A stretch of DNA of 64,000 nucleotides from Marsupella aquatica. Lineage: Eukaryota; Plantae; Marchantiophyta. This document shows, one piece after another, positions 36,761 to 48,350 of the stretch (positions are counted from its first letter, which is position 1; the number at the start of each line of letters is the position of its first letter). The notes below the pieces were generated by a model. It did not search any database and was not told where the DNA came from. It saw only the letters and a list, made by a program, of their open reading frames with translations. The DNA is taken from positions 12,531,929 to 12,595,928 of the forward strand of contig OZ316895.1 of assembly GCA_973895155.1 (NCBI GenBank), read 5' to 3'. Both the position numbers and the translations under genes were made by a program.

Positions 36761-37563
36761 ACGAGCAAAATTGGCCGTCTAAAGGAGTGAACATCAATCT
36801 CGATCTCGTAGATAGAGAAAGACTTGAATTCATTAACAAGCTGACCTTGGTCTAGAGGAGGCGCGTGTAAAAGCGGAGCGTCTCAATTCACCCGTCTCAT
36901 CAAAATTACATACTGGCATTTGCCTGTCCAGAGCGCCCAAACATCTTGCTGCCCCGTTCGTGGGGGACGGCATGAAGCATTGTGGAAGTACTCGGTATGC
37001 GAATGTCGGCGAATCATTTCTGAAGTTAGGGAAAATGCTTTACATTTCTGCATAATATCATCTGCATCTTCAATTCAGCAAACATGTCGCTAAAGGTGAA
37101 CGGGAGTTCCCTTGACCATGCAGCTGGGTCTAGAATTGGAATACGAATTATAACTTGTCTCAACAGCATCCAATTCGGGCAAGTGCGAAGTCCGTAGATG
37201 CAAACCAACCCCACAGAGTACACCTGACCATGGAAAATGCTTTTTGAGCATGTGCCACTCTTGCTGTCAAGAAGAGCATTGTTGTGGACCGACTCTCAGG
37301 GCACAGACGTGGGAACGACAGCTAGCGCGCTCCTTCCGTTGGAACTTCCAAATTGGGACTCGGTCCCCCTGGTCTGAAGCGTTCTCTAGTAAGTTTGATT
37401 TGATAATAGCGCAATTAGTGATGAAATATGTCGTTGTGCTGATCGATGGTGAGCGCTGAAATTAATGCAGTCGAGCGTGGCATCGGCTGCAATTCCCGTG
37501 TTCTCCAAGGTATGAGCTAGACTCTGGAAGTGAATGTACTCCCGCAATCCGGGATTGCAAAAT

Positions 37564-38490
37564 TTAGACTCTGGGAAGTGAATAAACCCTGGCAATCCTG
37601 CCGGGATTCCAGCTGCTCCTATCCCTTGTACCAGTAGCTCTGGTCTTCTGCCCATCATTCCTTACGATATTTCCACCAAGGGACGTTTCTTCGTTAGTGA
37701 CAACATCGGAGACTGAACGACAGCTGTATCGAGCAAATGACATTCGAAAGCTGGAGGAACCCCTCGTCACCTCGGACGGAGACCTTCGAGTCAAAACCTG
37801 AGAACCATCTGGAGTAGCGATCACTTGAGCTTTTACATACTGCGCAGAACCCCCTGGGTTTTGCACTGCAGAAGGAAAGCCTTTGCCTTGGTGAACATTG
37901 AGCTCAGAACTTGATGTCCCATTTGAGTATGTAGATCCATTCCTCTGAACAGCAATGTCAATGATCTTGGACATAGAGTCAAGTTCATGAGAATCGAAGA
38001 GTGAACTGGTTCGATTTACCATTGCATTCGAAAAGTCCCAACTCTGACCTGCAGATTCCGTCCGCCGGTGACCAGACGCTTCCCGTAAATGAGCCAATTC
38101 GGCCGCTGGCAGTGATATTGAATGACTACTAGATGTTTCCAACGCTTCAGTTCTAAATCTTGAGGATTTATTCCCACGCTCAGTTGCTCGGACAGTACTA
38201 CTGAGCGCTGCGCCACCACCAGAAACGCTGCTGCTCCTGAAGACCCTTTCGTTGGACCCTCCTTTCCCATGCTGATACCAAGCCCAGGCTGCAGCACGGC
38301 CCTTCTCCATTTTTACCTTGATCTCTTTCTCTCTCTCTGCCTTCTCTTTCGTACCTTTGTACTGATCGGCTCTCACTTTTCTTAGCTCTTCAAATTCTAC
38401 ACTGTTAGCGCGTGTCTCTTCTTTCCTCCTCGTTGCAACATCAACAGATGAAGAGTGCTGCATCGCAGCCAGGAACTTCATTTGCCTCAT
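37564..38490 (-). CDS. Uncharacterised conserved land-plant protein (AAAWAWYQH / SRF-EA / SLFDxxE motifs), 308 aa, intronless
   Basis: ATG-initiated 308-codon ORF in CpG-retaining unique DNA, with GRAAAWAWYQHGKG, KSSRFRTEA and WDF...SSLFDSHELDSMSKII. I recognise these motifs from a plant family of unknown function. Confidence 0.8.
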   Translation of the reverse strand: MRQMKFLAAMQHSSSVDVATRRKEETRANSVEFEELRKVRADQYKGTKEKAEREKEIKVKMEKGRAAAWAWYQHGKGGSNERVFRSSSVSGGGAALSSTVRATERGNKSSRFRTEALETSSSHSISLPAAELAHLREASGHRRTESAGQSWDFSNAMVNRTSSLFDSHELDSMSKIIDIAVQRNGSTYSNGTSSSELNVHQGKGFPSAVQNPGGSAQYVKAQVIATPDGSQVLTRRSPSEVTRGSSSFRMSFARYSCRSVSDVVTNEETSLGGNIVRNDGQKTRATGTRDRSSWNPGRIARVYSLPRV

Positions 38491-41400
38491 TGTCGACGAA
38501 TTGGACTCCTCCGAATTCCGAATCGAGTCGATCTTAAAGTTCTTCCTAACGCGAAACGGTGTCTCTGTTGCCTCAAACGCCCTAGAACCTCACCTACCCC
38601 TCAAGTGGACCATGCTACGTTCCATGCTTCAGCACCACATCAATTTGGCGCAATAACAACGTGAATCGTTCGCGGTGGCAGCGCCTCTGATGTACGAAGG
38701 TGACGGTACCTCGGAGGCGATGAGGAGATGCGCACGACAAGGAGCTCGAATGACGCTGCACAATCGCGTTGGTTAAATCTGCAGAACACGGGCATATTGC
38801 GGAACATAACCGATTTGGTAGACACCAAAACCAATTTAGAGGTCAGGCATGTAAGATTGTGGAGCTCTAATCGACAAGCTTCGTTGATACATGATCATCC
38901 TTGCGCGTGGTTTGGTCGCAGCATCGCTCGAAGATTCAGATCAACGCGTTCACGCGCGAATGACCCCAGTAGCGAGCACGAGAGCCGGATCAAGAACTCG
39001 TCTACAGTATGTGCTCAATTCACCCTACAGTAGATTGGAAGGGTCACGAGGTAGCTCCGTCTGTTCACGTTCTGAATACAATTACTATTGATAAACTATG
39101 GACAACAATTGACCGCTGACAGTCCTTGACGGTCTTCCATCGACGTCAGACTCACAGTCCTGGAGTTCTGGTCCTACCTTCCACCCTGCATGTCGTGGGC
39201 CCTGTCATCTCGTCTGACCGCTCAATAATCCCGAGAGTTCTGTACTGCTCTTTATTGAAGCACAGTACACGACCCACACTTGCAATCCTGATGCGCACGC
39301 AATGTGCGAGTTCAGGCATTCGCAACACGCCGAGTTCCTTGTATTGGGGGAGATGAGACCATCAAAGCCCAATTGCTTGTATGGGAGAGATGACACTGCT
39401 TTGACTATCGAATACCAGATTGAGTCAAATCGCTAAACTACACGGTTTTCTCCCGCAGTCCAGACCTGAACTGCTGGTCGGTCACATGCTCTAGTAGGCT
39501 TGTCAAGCTTATACAATATCTTAATCTTTCGATCTTCAATCTTCAATCACTGAATCTTGAACAGGGTGCTCTCCACTGCAGTGAAGTCAATGGCATCACG
39601 AACGCTTCCGGCTGGTACCTCTCGTTTGCAAATTTTCAAATAAGCCATCCTACTCGATCATTACTAATTTCGTTGGAAGGATCGCTTTTGCCGTTCGTAC
39701 CGACCCATCATGGATTTATACCGCCGTGCGCATGATGAGTACAGAATCAAATCCAAAACAATTTCAATCTACAGTGCTGCTTACAGAGCCGTCACATGCA
39801 GCTCGTTGCTTTAGTCAGGGACTCATCAGTGATGGAAGTTTTTTAAGTGCAGATTACACGGCTTAGAGCAACAGTAATTTCATTCGTTATATTGGTCATC
39901 ATCTGACTCGGTCATATCCGAAACTCATATTTGGAACTGTTTGTTTGTGTTTGAGAGAAGTCAAATACATTTTTGATGATCCTCTTCGCCAGTTTTAGCC
40001 CAGGAGGTCTTCTCGACTTCGAATCGATTTCACTGTTGTGGATCGACTCATGATGTCATTGAATGCTAGATTGTTCTTCGGAGAGAGTCATAATATTATT
40101 CTCACATCTGTCGCTAGCTAGTTCGAACTTTGAAACGAAGCTGACGGTTATAACTTGATGAAGATCGGGCTTAATTAATAGTTACAATCGATGCCGACTC
40201 AAAGTCCGTCTCCATCAGTAGACATCAGGTAGTTACGGTGCTGTCGACCCATCCATTAATTTTGCTTATCAGAAAATGGTGTAATGTCCATTCACAGTCT
40301 CTATCAAAGACACGTGCAATTACCAGTTCTTGTATCGATAAAGCGTCTCCAACAGGAGTGATTTTCACGGTCAGAGCTAAGACGAAAGGGGGACCTTCAT
40401 TGGAGATGTTACCTTCCTTATGCTGCAGTCGTCAAGAATTGGAGCAAACTCAATTGAACAATCACTGTTTCAAATGTTTCCCAGGAGCTGTTTCTTGAAA
40501 TGAGTCAAAGGCTCAGCACTCCAGATTGAGTTCTAAAGTGGAAGTAGTAAGTCCTTTAATAAGATGTCTCAAAACTTGATCATACCATGATAACAGCTTC
40601 CCATGTCTGGGAACTCTCATAGAGGTTGTGGGAGCCAATCTTTGACCACCATAATGAAAGCCTGCTGGGTGAACTTAACCAAAACTTTCTCTAAACTTTA
40701 GGGGCAAATTTGGAAAATAGAAAAGGTTTGATTGAAGGCAGTGTCGAAGATGGCTGTTGGATTTGGTATGGCAACTGATTGAGAATGAAAGAAAATATAC
40801 ATATACTATGAGACTGAGGTGAGGTCGATACCCCTAACTCAGGGGCAGGTCAAGGCTGCCTCCCCCCATTTTCAATGATCTTTAAGTGTATCTCATAACC
40901 AGAGTTAACGGATGGACCACAGATCCTTAACTTTCAGCATCTAGTTTTGAGACTCCCTAGTGCTACACAGGACCAATCCAATAAGAGTTCAACCTTGAAA
41001 GGCTGCTGTTACAAAATATCGAATCATTCTAGAAGTGAATCTATTCAAAATCCCACACAAGACATATACTTGTAATGTCTGTGGGAGCCAAATCCATTCA
41101 AACTTTAAAATGTGAAAACAACCAATTCATTGGCTACCTCCAAAGCTACGGCAGCTTTCCAAAAATTGATACTTTCTATTCCTTTCAGGATTTCACGCAC
41201 AATTTGAGAATGAAAAGGAGCTCCCAAGTTGGTTTCAGAACATTATTGGAGAAATCCCTTAGTCCTAAGAAAAATACCCTGGCCCTATGTTTCTGGCCCT
41301 CAACCAGACTCATGGCAGCATACAAGTGAGCAAGAGAAAGATGCCTGAAGCCCCTTCCTTGCCAGGCCTGACTGCAAAAAATAATAGTTCCAAGGGTAAG

Positions 41401-41501
41401 GACTGGAAACTTTCTGGCCCTTGAGGTACTACACCTAAAACTTCATAATAAAACCAAAGCCTAACATTGCAGGGCAGCAGATTGCTTTGCTAGTGCTGAG
41501 A

Positions 41502-41663
41502 GCTAGTAAACTAAGGCTACTATATGCAAGTTGGACCTTAGGATCCTGGATTGAACTCTGAGGTAAAATTCCAAATGGGATGCTAGTAAACTAAGGGCTA
41601 CTATATGCAAGTTGGACCTTAGGATCCTTGATTGAACTCTTGAGGTAAAATTCCAAATGGGAT
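41502..41663. repeat. Two-copy ~80-bp tandem duplication
   Basis: gctagtaaactaag(g)gctactatatgcaagttggaccttaggatcc..attgaactc(t)tgaggtaaaattccaaatgggat x2. Confidence 0.9.
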
Positions 41664-42366
41664 ACACGGATGCAACTTTGTATTCTTAAGTGCGAATCCA
41701 TTTCTTACCTATAAAGACCCCAAGAAACTCATATGTGGGCAAGACAAATGGACAACAACTTTTTGGGCAACTTTTTGGGCAGGCTCTCTCTTTTATACTC
41801 TTTAAATATAAAAGGCTATTGTACTAGTGCATAACTGAGGAATATTCCTGTGGGTAAAGAAAAGAGGCACTTTTTACTCATCTTTGCTCTGTTTTGAAAG
41901 CCAAAAAGCCATATGGATGCAAAATGGATATGCTGTATGCACTTGAGGATTCTTTTGTTTTTGCCTCGTCTTTCAGCTCAGAAAATGCGAGTTTCTCTGG
42001 AATGTGAAATCAATATCCTGAGTGTCTGTTTTTGGTCACCCGGTATGATCAGGCAAAACCAGCAATGCGGTCACACTTTTCATTTGGCCAGCGGGTGTGA
42101 TCAGAGAAAATTCACCAGAAAGGAAAGTAATAAGATGCTCTCAGCCCGTGTCATGGGAAATCCTTATCCATGACTCGGGAAGTCTAGAGTTACACACTCT
42201 AGACACAACTGTATGCGGGTTAAAGTATTTTACCACTGGTTGTTGATTTGTTCAGTTGGTTGACTCAGCCCGATTTCTCTCTTAGTGCTAGTTTGGTCCT
42301 TCATTGATACTCTATTGAGTGCAAGGTGGGCGTACTTCCTGGCCAATATCCACAGCGCCAAGTCTT

Positions 42367-42431
42367 CCAGCCAGGTCCTATATTCAACTTTCAATTCGCC
42401 CAGCCAGGTCCTATATTCAACTTTCAATTCG
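42367..42431. repeat. Two-copy 33-bp tandem duplication
   Basis: ccagccaggtcctatattcaactttcaattcg x2. Confidence 0.9.
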
Positions 42432-43053
42432 TAGCATTGGTACACAGTCGTGGGCTTGCTAAAGTCTTTGCGTTGTGTATCGATCGCGCCATTGGGTGAT
42501 GTCTGAATTAGATCTATACCACTATACTTACATCTCAGTCTGCGAGCCTCTGACCCAGATAAACATAATATCGTAACCATGAAGGGTGCTCAAGCTTTCG
42601 TTCATGACGTACCCCAAGCAACTAGGAGTGTGTTTGACTAAGAGTTTCACAAGTGACACACCCAAGCCCAAATCATAGCCTACGCTGGTCAACTTGTTTC
42701 CACCAAGCTGCACCAATCCTAGCAATTTAATTATTATATAATTATTACTAACAAAGCCCCTCAAAAACAGCACGTTAAATTAGATACATACACATTCAAT
42801 CATATGATATCTGAAACTATATATCGAGACAGTCAAGATTTCTTGCTACAGTAAGCATTCAATGTTCATTCAATGTTCCTTCCCGTAAAATCAACAATCG
42901 CAACTTACGGGTGTCCCGTACATTGCCAACCATCCAAATGCATATATGCAGCATCAATCTCGGACTGGGGAGCAGCTCTTGTTACATGTCTACCATCGAC
43001 AATGAAACCCTGTGATCACTGATTTGTAATAGTTCTCAAAGCAGCGAACAATG

Positions 43054-43192
43054 TCAACGGGATGGGTACTTTTGATCGACAACTGCCAACAAGTTCCACA
43101 CACAATTATTCTACAGTGAAGTATGCTCAACGGGGTGGGTACTTTTGACGGCTGCCAACAAGTTCCACACCATATTATTCTACAGTTGAGTA
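43054..43192. repeat. Two-copy ~70-bp tandem duplication just 3' of the germin gene
   Basis: tcaacggg(a/g)tgggtacttttga..ctgccaacaagttccacac..attattctacagt x2. Confidence 0.85.
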
Positions 43193-43407
43193 TATTATGC
43201 TTGATCCATGACTCGACTAAGTAGGACTCATGGCAATACGTTCCAAGATGACCTCAGGCTGTCATATGTCATGTACACGCACATAATAGTGGCCCGGCCC
43301 GAGCTTTGACGAAACATCATTACCCCTTGAGCTAGCGAGTCCTTGTAAATGTCGGTAGGAGCTCACCGACTTCGTCCCTTGATCATGCATGGATCAGGCT
43401 GCCTCCT

Positions 43408-44526
43408 CTATAAACTCAGGGTAACATTGTTCCTGGTAGCGACGTCCTGCTTCAGACCGTCTATGTCATAGTTGTTCGAAACGCCATTGATGGCAGTGTT
43501 GAGAACAATGTCGGGGAGCCCTTTGTTGCCGGCGGTGAAGAGAGCTTTCACAACCAACAGAGTTCCGGGGTTCTCACTGGAGAGCACCGAGTAGCCTGAA
43601 GCTGTTCCCTGACCATTGTTGCGCTGCCAGTGCAGCGTACCCTTGGGAAAGACAAAGATATCGCCCGTCTGCACTGTTGTCTCGAATAGGTCGTTGGCGG
43701 TGTCCACAAATCCCACGTCAAGTGCCCCTACATCCACGGTAGAACACAGAAATCGCCAACTCGAATTGATTTCATGACATTTCCAGTGTATTACTTTCAA
43801 ACTATTTCTCTAGCCAGACAGCACGACGACACCACAACTTCATCACATGGATTATCTAAAGTGATGATATCTTTAGTGCAGCTCGGCAAGGTCAGCATTG
43901 TATTCTCTGGAGGTCACGTTCAATAGAAACAATCTTTTTCATCACTTTGACAGTAGATGATGTGCTGACTGTAATATCTGGAACACCAGCGAAGCTCTGG
44001 ACCGGAAGCTCAGCATTGTGAAAAACTGGTGTTTCGGCTTATCCAGCATTCATCAATTCATCAGTCTCAAAGCACGAAAGATTTTCTTAAACCAGACGTC
44101 AACAGAATCCAATGCCGGGCTGAACTGTCTAGAGCTTCCTGTAAGCCCAGTCACTGGTGAACATATATAAAGCTTAAATCCAGCATTTAGGAGCAGAGGA
44201 AGGGAGATTAAGTTCGTACCTGAGAGCACGTAGAACACTTCGGTTGCGCGAGGATGAGTATGGGGATCAATCTGTGACTCTGGCCCGAACTCGAACAGCA
44301 CAGCCGCAAGGCCAAGCCCGCTGAGCCCTGGGATAGGTGCGGGTGTGGGCGCTGCCTTTCCCTGGCCTAGCGGCTGAGGGTTGCGGAATCCAGTGAAGGT
44401 GAAATTCGCCACAGTCGGGTTGGTCACATTGAAATCGGTGATCAACTCCGGATCACTCGCAACAGCCGTGTGCACCATCAGCTCAGCCACCACCAGCAAT
44501 CCCAGAATGACCAAAAGTTTTGCCAT
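43408..44526 (-). CDS. GLP: Germin-like protein (cupin), 208 aa, 2 exons, secreted
   Basis: Exon 1 44526-44220 (MAKLLVILGLL... signal peptide, SDPELITDF, germin box PHTHPRATEVFYVLSG); GT-AG intron 44219-43728; exon 2 43727-43408 (ALDVGFVDT, GDIFVFPKGTLHWQ, LSSENPG). The His/His/Glu/His metal ligands are present. Confidence 0.93.
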
Positions 44527-45350
44527 GGTCAATCGATTGAGTGATTGGATCCTCGCGCTCGCTGAGTACGGATTTCGGATTTGGATCGATGCACCAAACG
44601 TACGTACACGATCAGTTTGCGAACTAAGGAACACCTGAGGCAAGCAAGTTCGATAGAACAAGAGAGCGAAATAGGGCCAGCTCAAAGGTATATTGTGCTG
44701 CAACTCGGGATTGCCAGTTGGGTGTGTTGGTTCTTCTTCCGAATGTACACGTATTTATAAGCCGAGGAGCAGAATGGAATACTATTACTTTTGCATGGAA
44801 ACTGGAATTTATCCATAAAAAAGAACAGTGGGGACTGACCTCAATCCGCACCTCGGATTCTCCATTTGGATTGGCGTTCCTCTTGCATGCCGCCATGTAC
44901 AGACCTTTTCAGGAGCTGGGGTTGCCTGGGTCCGTGGGACGATGGCTCACCTATTGGGAAGCTCCAATTCCGTTCATTGCTCGAAACAGATGCTCAAGTT
45001 TCGCCCCGCTAGAGTACATTATTATTGAGCCGAAAACACTGAAGGCCTCGTCGCTCTCGGTGAAGGCATTGAGACGCCAATCAAAGCTCTTGCTTTGGAA
45101 ATCGAAATCACATTTAATAAGCTTCATAGGACCAATCCTTATCATGGCCCCCAAAAGTCCAAAACGCTTCCATCCAGAAGCAATTGCGGAGCTCCATCGA
45201 TAGTGGGAACATGCACCTACTTTACAAAGGGCTATAACAGTACCACCCCGACAGTACTATATGTGTTTTCTTTTTTATTCTTGAACGGAAATGAGTAAAA
45301 ACACCTTGTAGTCTACCCCGACAAACACCTACACCCCCTATCCTACGTAC

Positions 45351-45417
45351 TATTAAAGTAGGGCCACAAAGAGTATTAAAGTAGGGCCACAAAGAGTATT
45401 AAAGTAGGGCCACAAAG
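45351..45417. repeat. 23-bp tandem repeat x3
   Basis: tattaaagtagggccacaaagag x3. Confidence 0.9.
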
Positions 45418-46399
45418 TTAAGTTGATAACTACTGTAGGCTGAGTAGATAATCATAACTGTCATCCATTACTCACGAAACCAAGTATACCTACACACATG
45501 TAACCTCCACACCCCTTTTGTGTAGAAAGGGTATCCAACCTGTCCAGGCTCATCCCTTGGCCAACTGGCTTATCCAGTGGTCCACTAACCTAAGCCAATT
45601 GGTTGTGCCATCTCATCACTGTAAGCAATGCTTTCTAATTCTGTACCATCTCATTTCCAGCAGTCACTCTAGAGCAATGCTTTCTAATTTTTTTAAATAG
45701 GGAGTTCCATAAGAATAGTGGGGCCCACCAAGTATTACTTGTACATACTAAAAATATCTTAAATTGTATAAAATGATGCTCCCACGTATGACAAGGTTGG
45801 TTTTTCTAGACACCATGGATTACACTTTCCAAAGTTTGAGCTTAATTGTTATAATTTGATGCTCATAAATTCAAACATTTTTAGTTCTGAGTATACTAGT
45901 AGGTAAGTTACACTTCCATCAAAGTGAGAGTGAAGGTTTGATCATTTTGGTTGAATTATTCATTATGAAATGTGGAGGGGTAAATTTATTAAACAGATCT
46001 TCATTATATTAATATGAAATATTAGGGTACATGTTTCTATTGTCTCATCCTTCTCTAGTTGTCTTGCAGATGAAAAACTAAAAAATTAATTTAAGACTCA
46101 TGAATAATCATTAAGATATAAGCCCCAAACTTCCATCTACTACCAAAATGTGGTACATGGGAGCACTTTGTTCAACATAGTAATCCATTCTGGCTTCACT
46201 ATCTAAATTGTAACACCTTTCCTGGGATTTGAAATTAAAACAAACAGGCAAATCTATTAAGATTTTGTGAATCTACTATAGCTACAACAAGCAGATTGCG
46301 AAAGTAATACTCCGTTACTGACTCTCAGAGCAGGTGTAGGCTTTACATTTATTGAGATCAAAGTGTTACCAGATGGCCAATGGATATGTATGAAAAATA

Positions 46400-46860
46400 T
46401 CCCTACTTGAATTAATTAGGGTACCAGTCCCAAAGTAATCAGATTGGGCCTCGCATTTAAATTGGATATGATTTATAATTTGATCAATATTCTCCACCAC
46501 AACTTTATTGGACAATATGATTACTTGATTGGATTGTTATGATATAGTATCCTTACCTGAATAAATTACGGTTACAGTCCCAAAGTAGTCAGACTGGGCC
46601 CCACACTTAAATTGGATATGATTTAAAATTTGATTAATATTCTCCATCACAACTTTATTGGACAATATGATTACTTGATTGGATTGCTATAATATACTAC
46701 TATGCTCACATAAGAAAAGTGTCTCAATTTATGCAAAAATGAATAAACAACTACTTTGGGACCCACATTTAGATTGGATATGGTTTATGATTTGTTCAAT
46801 ACTTTCCATCACAACTTTATTGGACAATATGATTACCCGATTCGATAACTATGATATAGA
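46400..46860. repeat. Three-copy ~150-bp repeat
   Basis: aaattggatatgattt..aatttgat..atattctcca(c/t)cacaactttattggacaatatgattac at ~46459, 46609, 46771. Confidence 0.8.
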
Positions 46861-47339
46861 ATGTTCATAGGAGAAAAGTATCTTAGTTTATACAAAAGTG
46901 GACAAACAAAATATAATTTAAAAAAACTAAAAGAACACAAGTACTAAAAATAAAAAGGAAAAATAAAACTAACACTAAAAGATGATAAATACTAAATAAC
47001 AAAAGGTCTATCTATTTTTGTGAATTTGAAATTATATTATGTCTTTCTAAATTTATAATAAAATCTCATTTACTCTAAGTATAAATTTTTATATTATTCC
47101 ATTAAATAATTTTTAATTTCTCTAGAGAAATAGAGTAAAAGTTCATAGTTAAAGTAAATGTTGTTTTATTATAAATTTAGAAGGACATAACATAAGTTTA
47201 CATTGACAAAAAATACTAAAGGGTAAACTCAAATAAGACACATTTGGACTATGATAATTGTGAGGTATTCTACAATGCGAGCAATCAGGAATTTTGTTAG
47301 CAAGGAGAGTGTCACTAGGGAGACACTTATGGCTTCTCG

Positions 47340-47810
47340 GGGGTCTCACTATATGGGGACTTCCCTATCACCTGTGACGTTTTTAGGCCTTGGACCCCCT
47401 AAAATGTAAGAAAAAAATGTATTTTTTAACCCCTATAAAGTTGAAATATTCTTGAAAGATTCTAAAAATTGTATTTAAAAAGACCCTAATGTTATTATAA
47501 GTCTCAAAATTGAATTTAAAAGATCTTATTGTTCTTTTGTAAAAAAATTTAAGTTTTCCTTTAAAACCAATAAAATGACCATATCCTTCATCGCATGTGA
47601 TATATCATTTTTGTGGAAGTGAAACCCCCGAGTATGGTTTTAAATTTTTTTTGGTTTTTGTTGCTTTATATTTTTTTTTGTGTTTTCTATGACTCCAAAT
47701 GGCTAGCAAGATGGATAACAAAAAAATGAGTCCCCAAAATGGATGTTATCAACCAGGTTACTCTTAAGGAGATAGTTGCATACAGAAAAATTAGGGATAG
47801 TGTGACGTAA
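47340..47810 (+). mobile_element. Non-autonomous relative of the 5.5-5.7 kb subterminal sequence
   Basis: aaaccaataaaatgaccatatccttcatcgcatgtgatatatcatttttgtggaag matches ~5565-5620. Boundaries are approximate. Confidence 0.45.
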
Positions 47811-48350
47811 AATTTTGCTCATTCCTCACACCTTACAATGACTCAATGAATGTAAAAGAGAAATTAATACAGTACTTGAACAGGTCAAGTCGATTAACCA
47901 CATATAAAGCAGTGTCAAAATGATATGAGTACTCTTGCTTATGCTATAGGTATTCTAGTCAAACACTACATGTATTTCAGTCTGCCGCTAAAAAACTTAC
48001 CATTTGTTCACAACATTTTTGGATCTCCTAGAATGTTCAAATTTTCCCTACATGTATTCTAATGGTCAATCCATTAACGCACAAAGTTTGAAAGTGGCTT
48101 CAACCATTTGCTTTATCTCCAATGACCACATAGACATCAACATATTATAAGTCAAACAGACAGAGTGATACGTAGGTGAACTGAAAACCATGCAGAGCCT
48201 GAGATATAGGACATATACTATGTACGACACCCCTGCATACCTTGATAATCCTAGTTTTTTCCTTTCAATCAATGAATGTAACCACATTTTCATGTGTGAT
48301 TACCAGCAAGGGAGAGATATAGCAGTTACAAGTAGTCTTTCAACAGAACA

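Noticed and set aside
40540-41500. Possible decayed LINE fragment on the minus strand
   Set aside because: CpG-depleted and TE-like, but no diagnostic RT or endonuclease motif could be read.
44527-44703. N-terminal extension of the 216-aa germin ORF in the track
   Set aside because: The track ORF starts at a non-ATG codon and reads into the intron; the signal peptide begins at ATG 44526.
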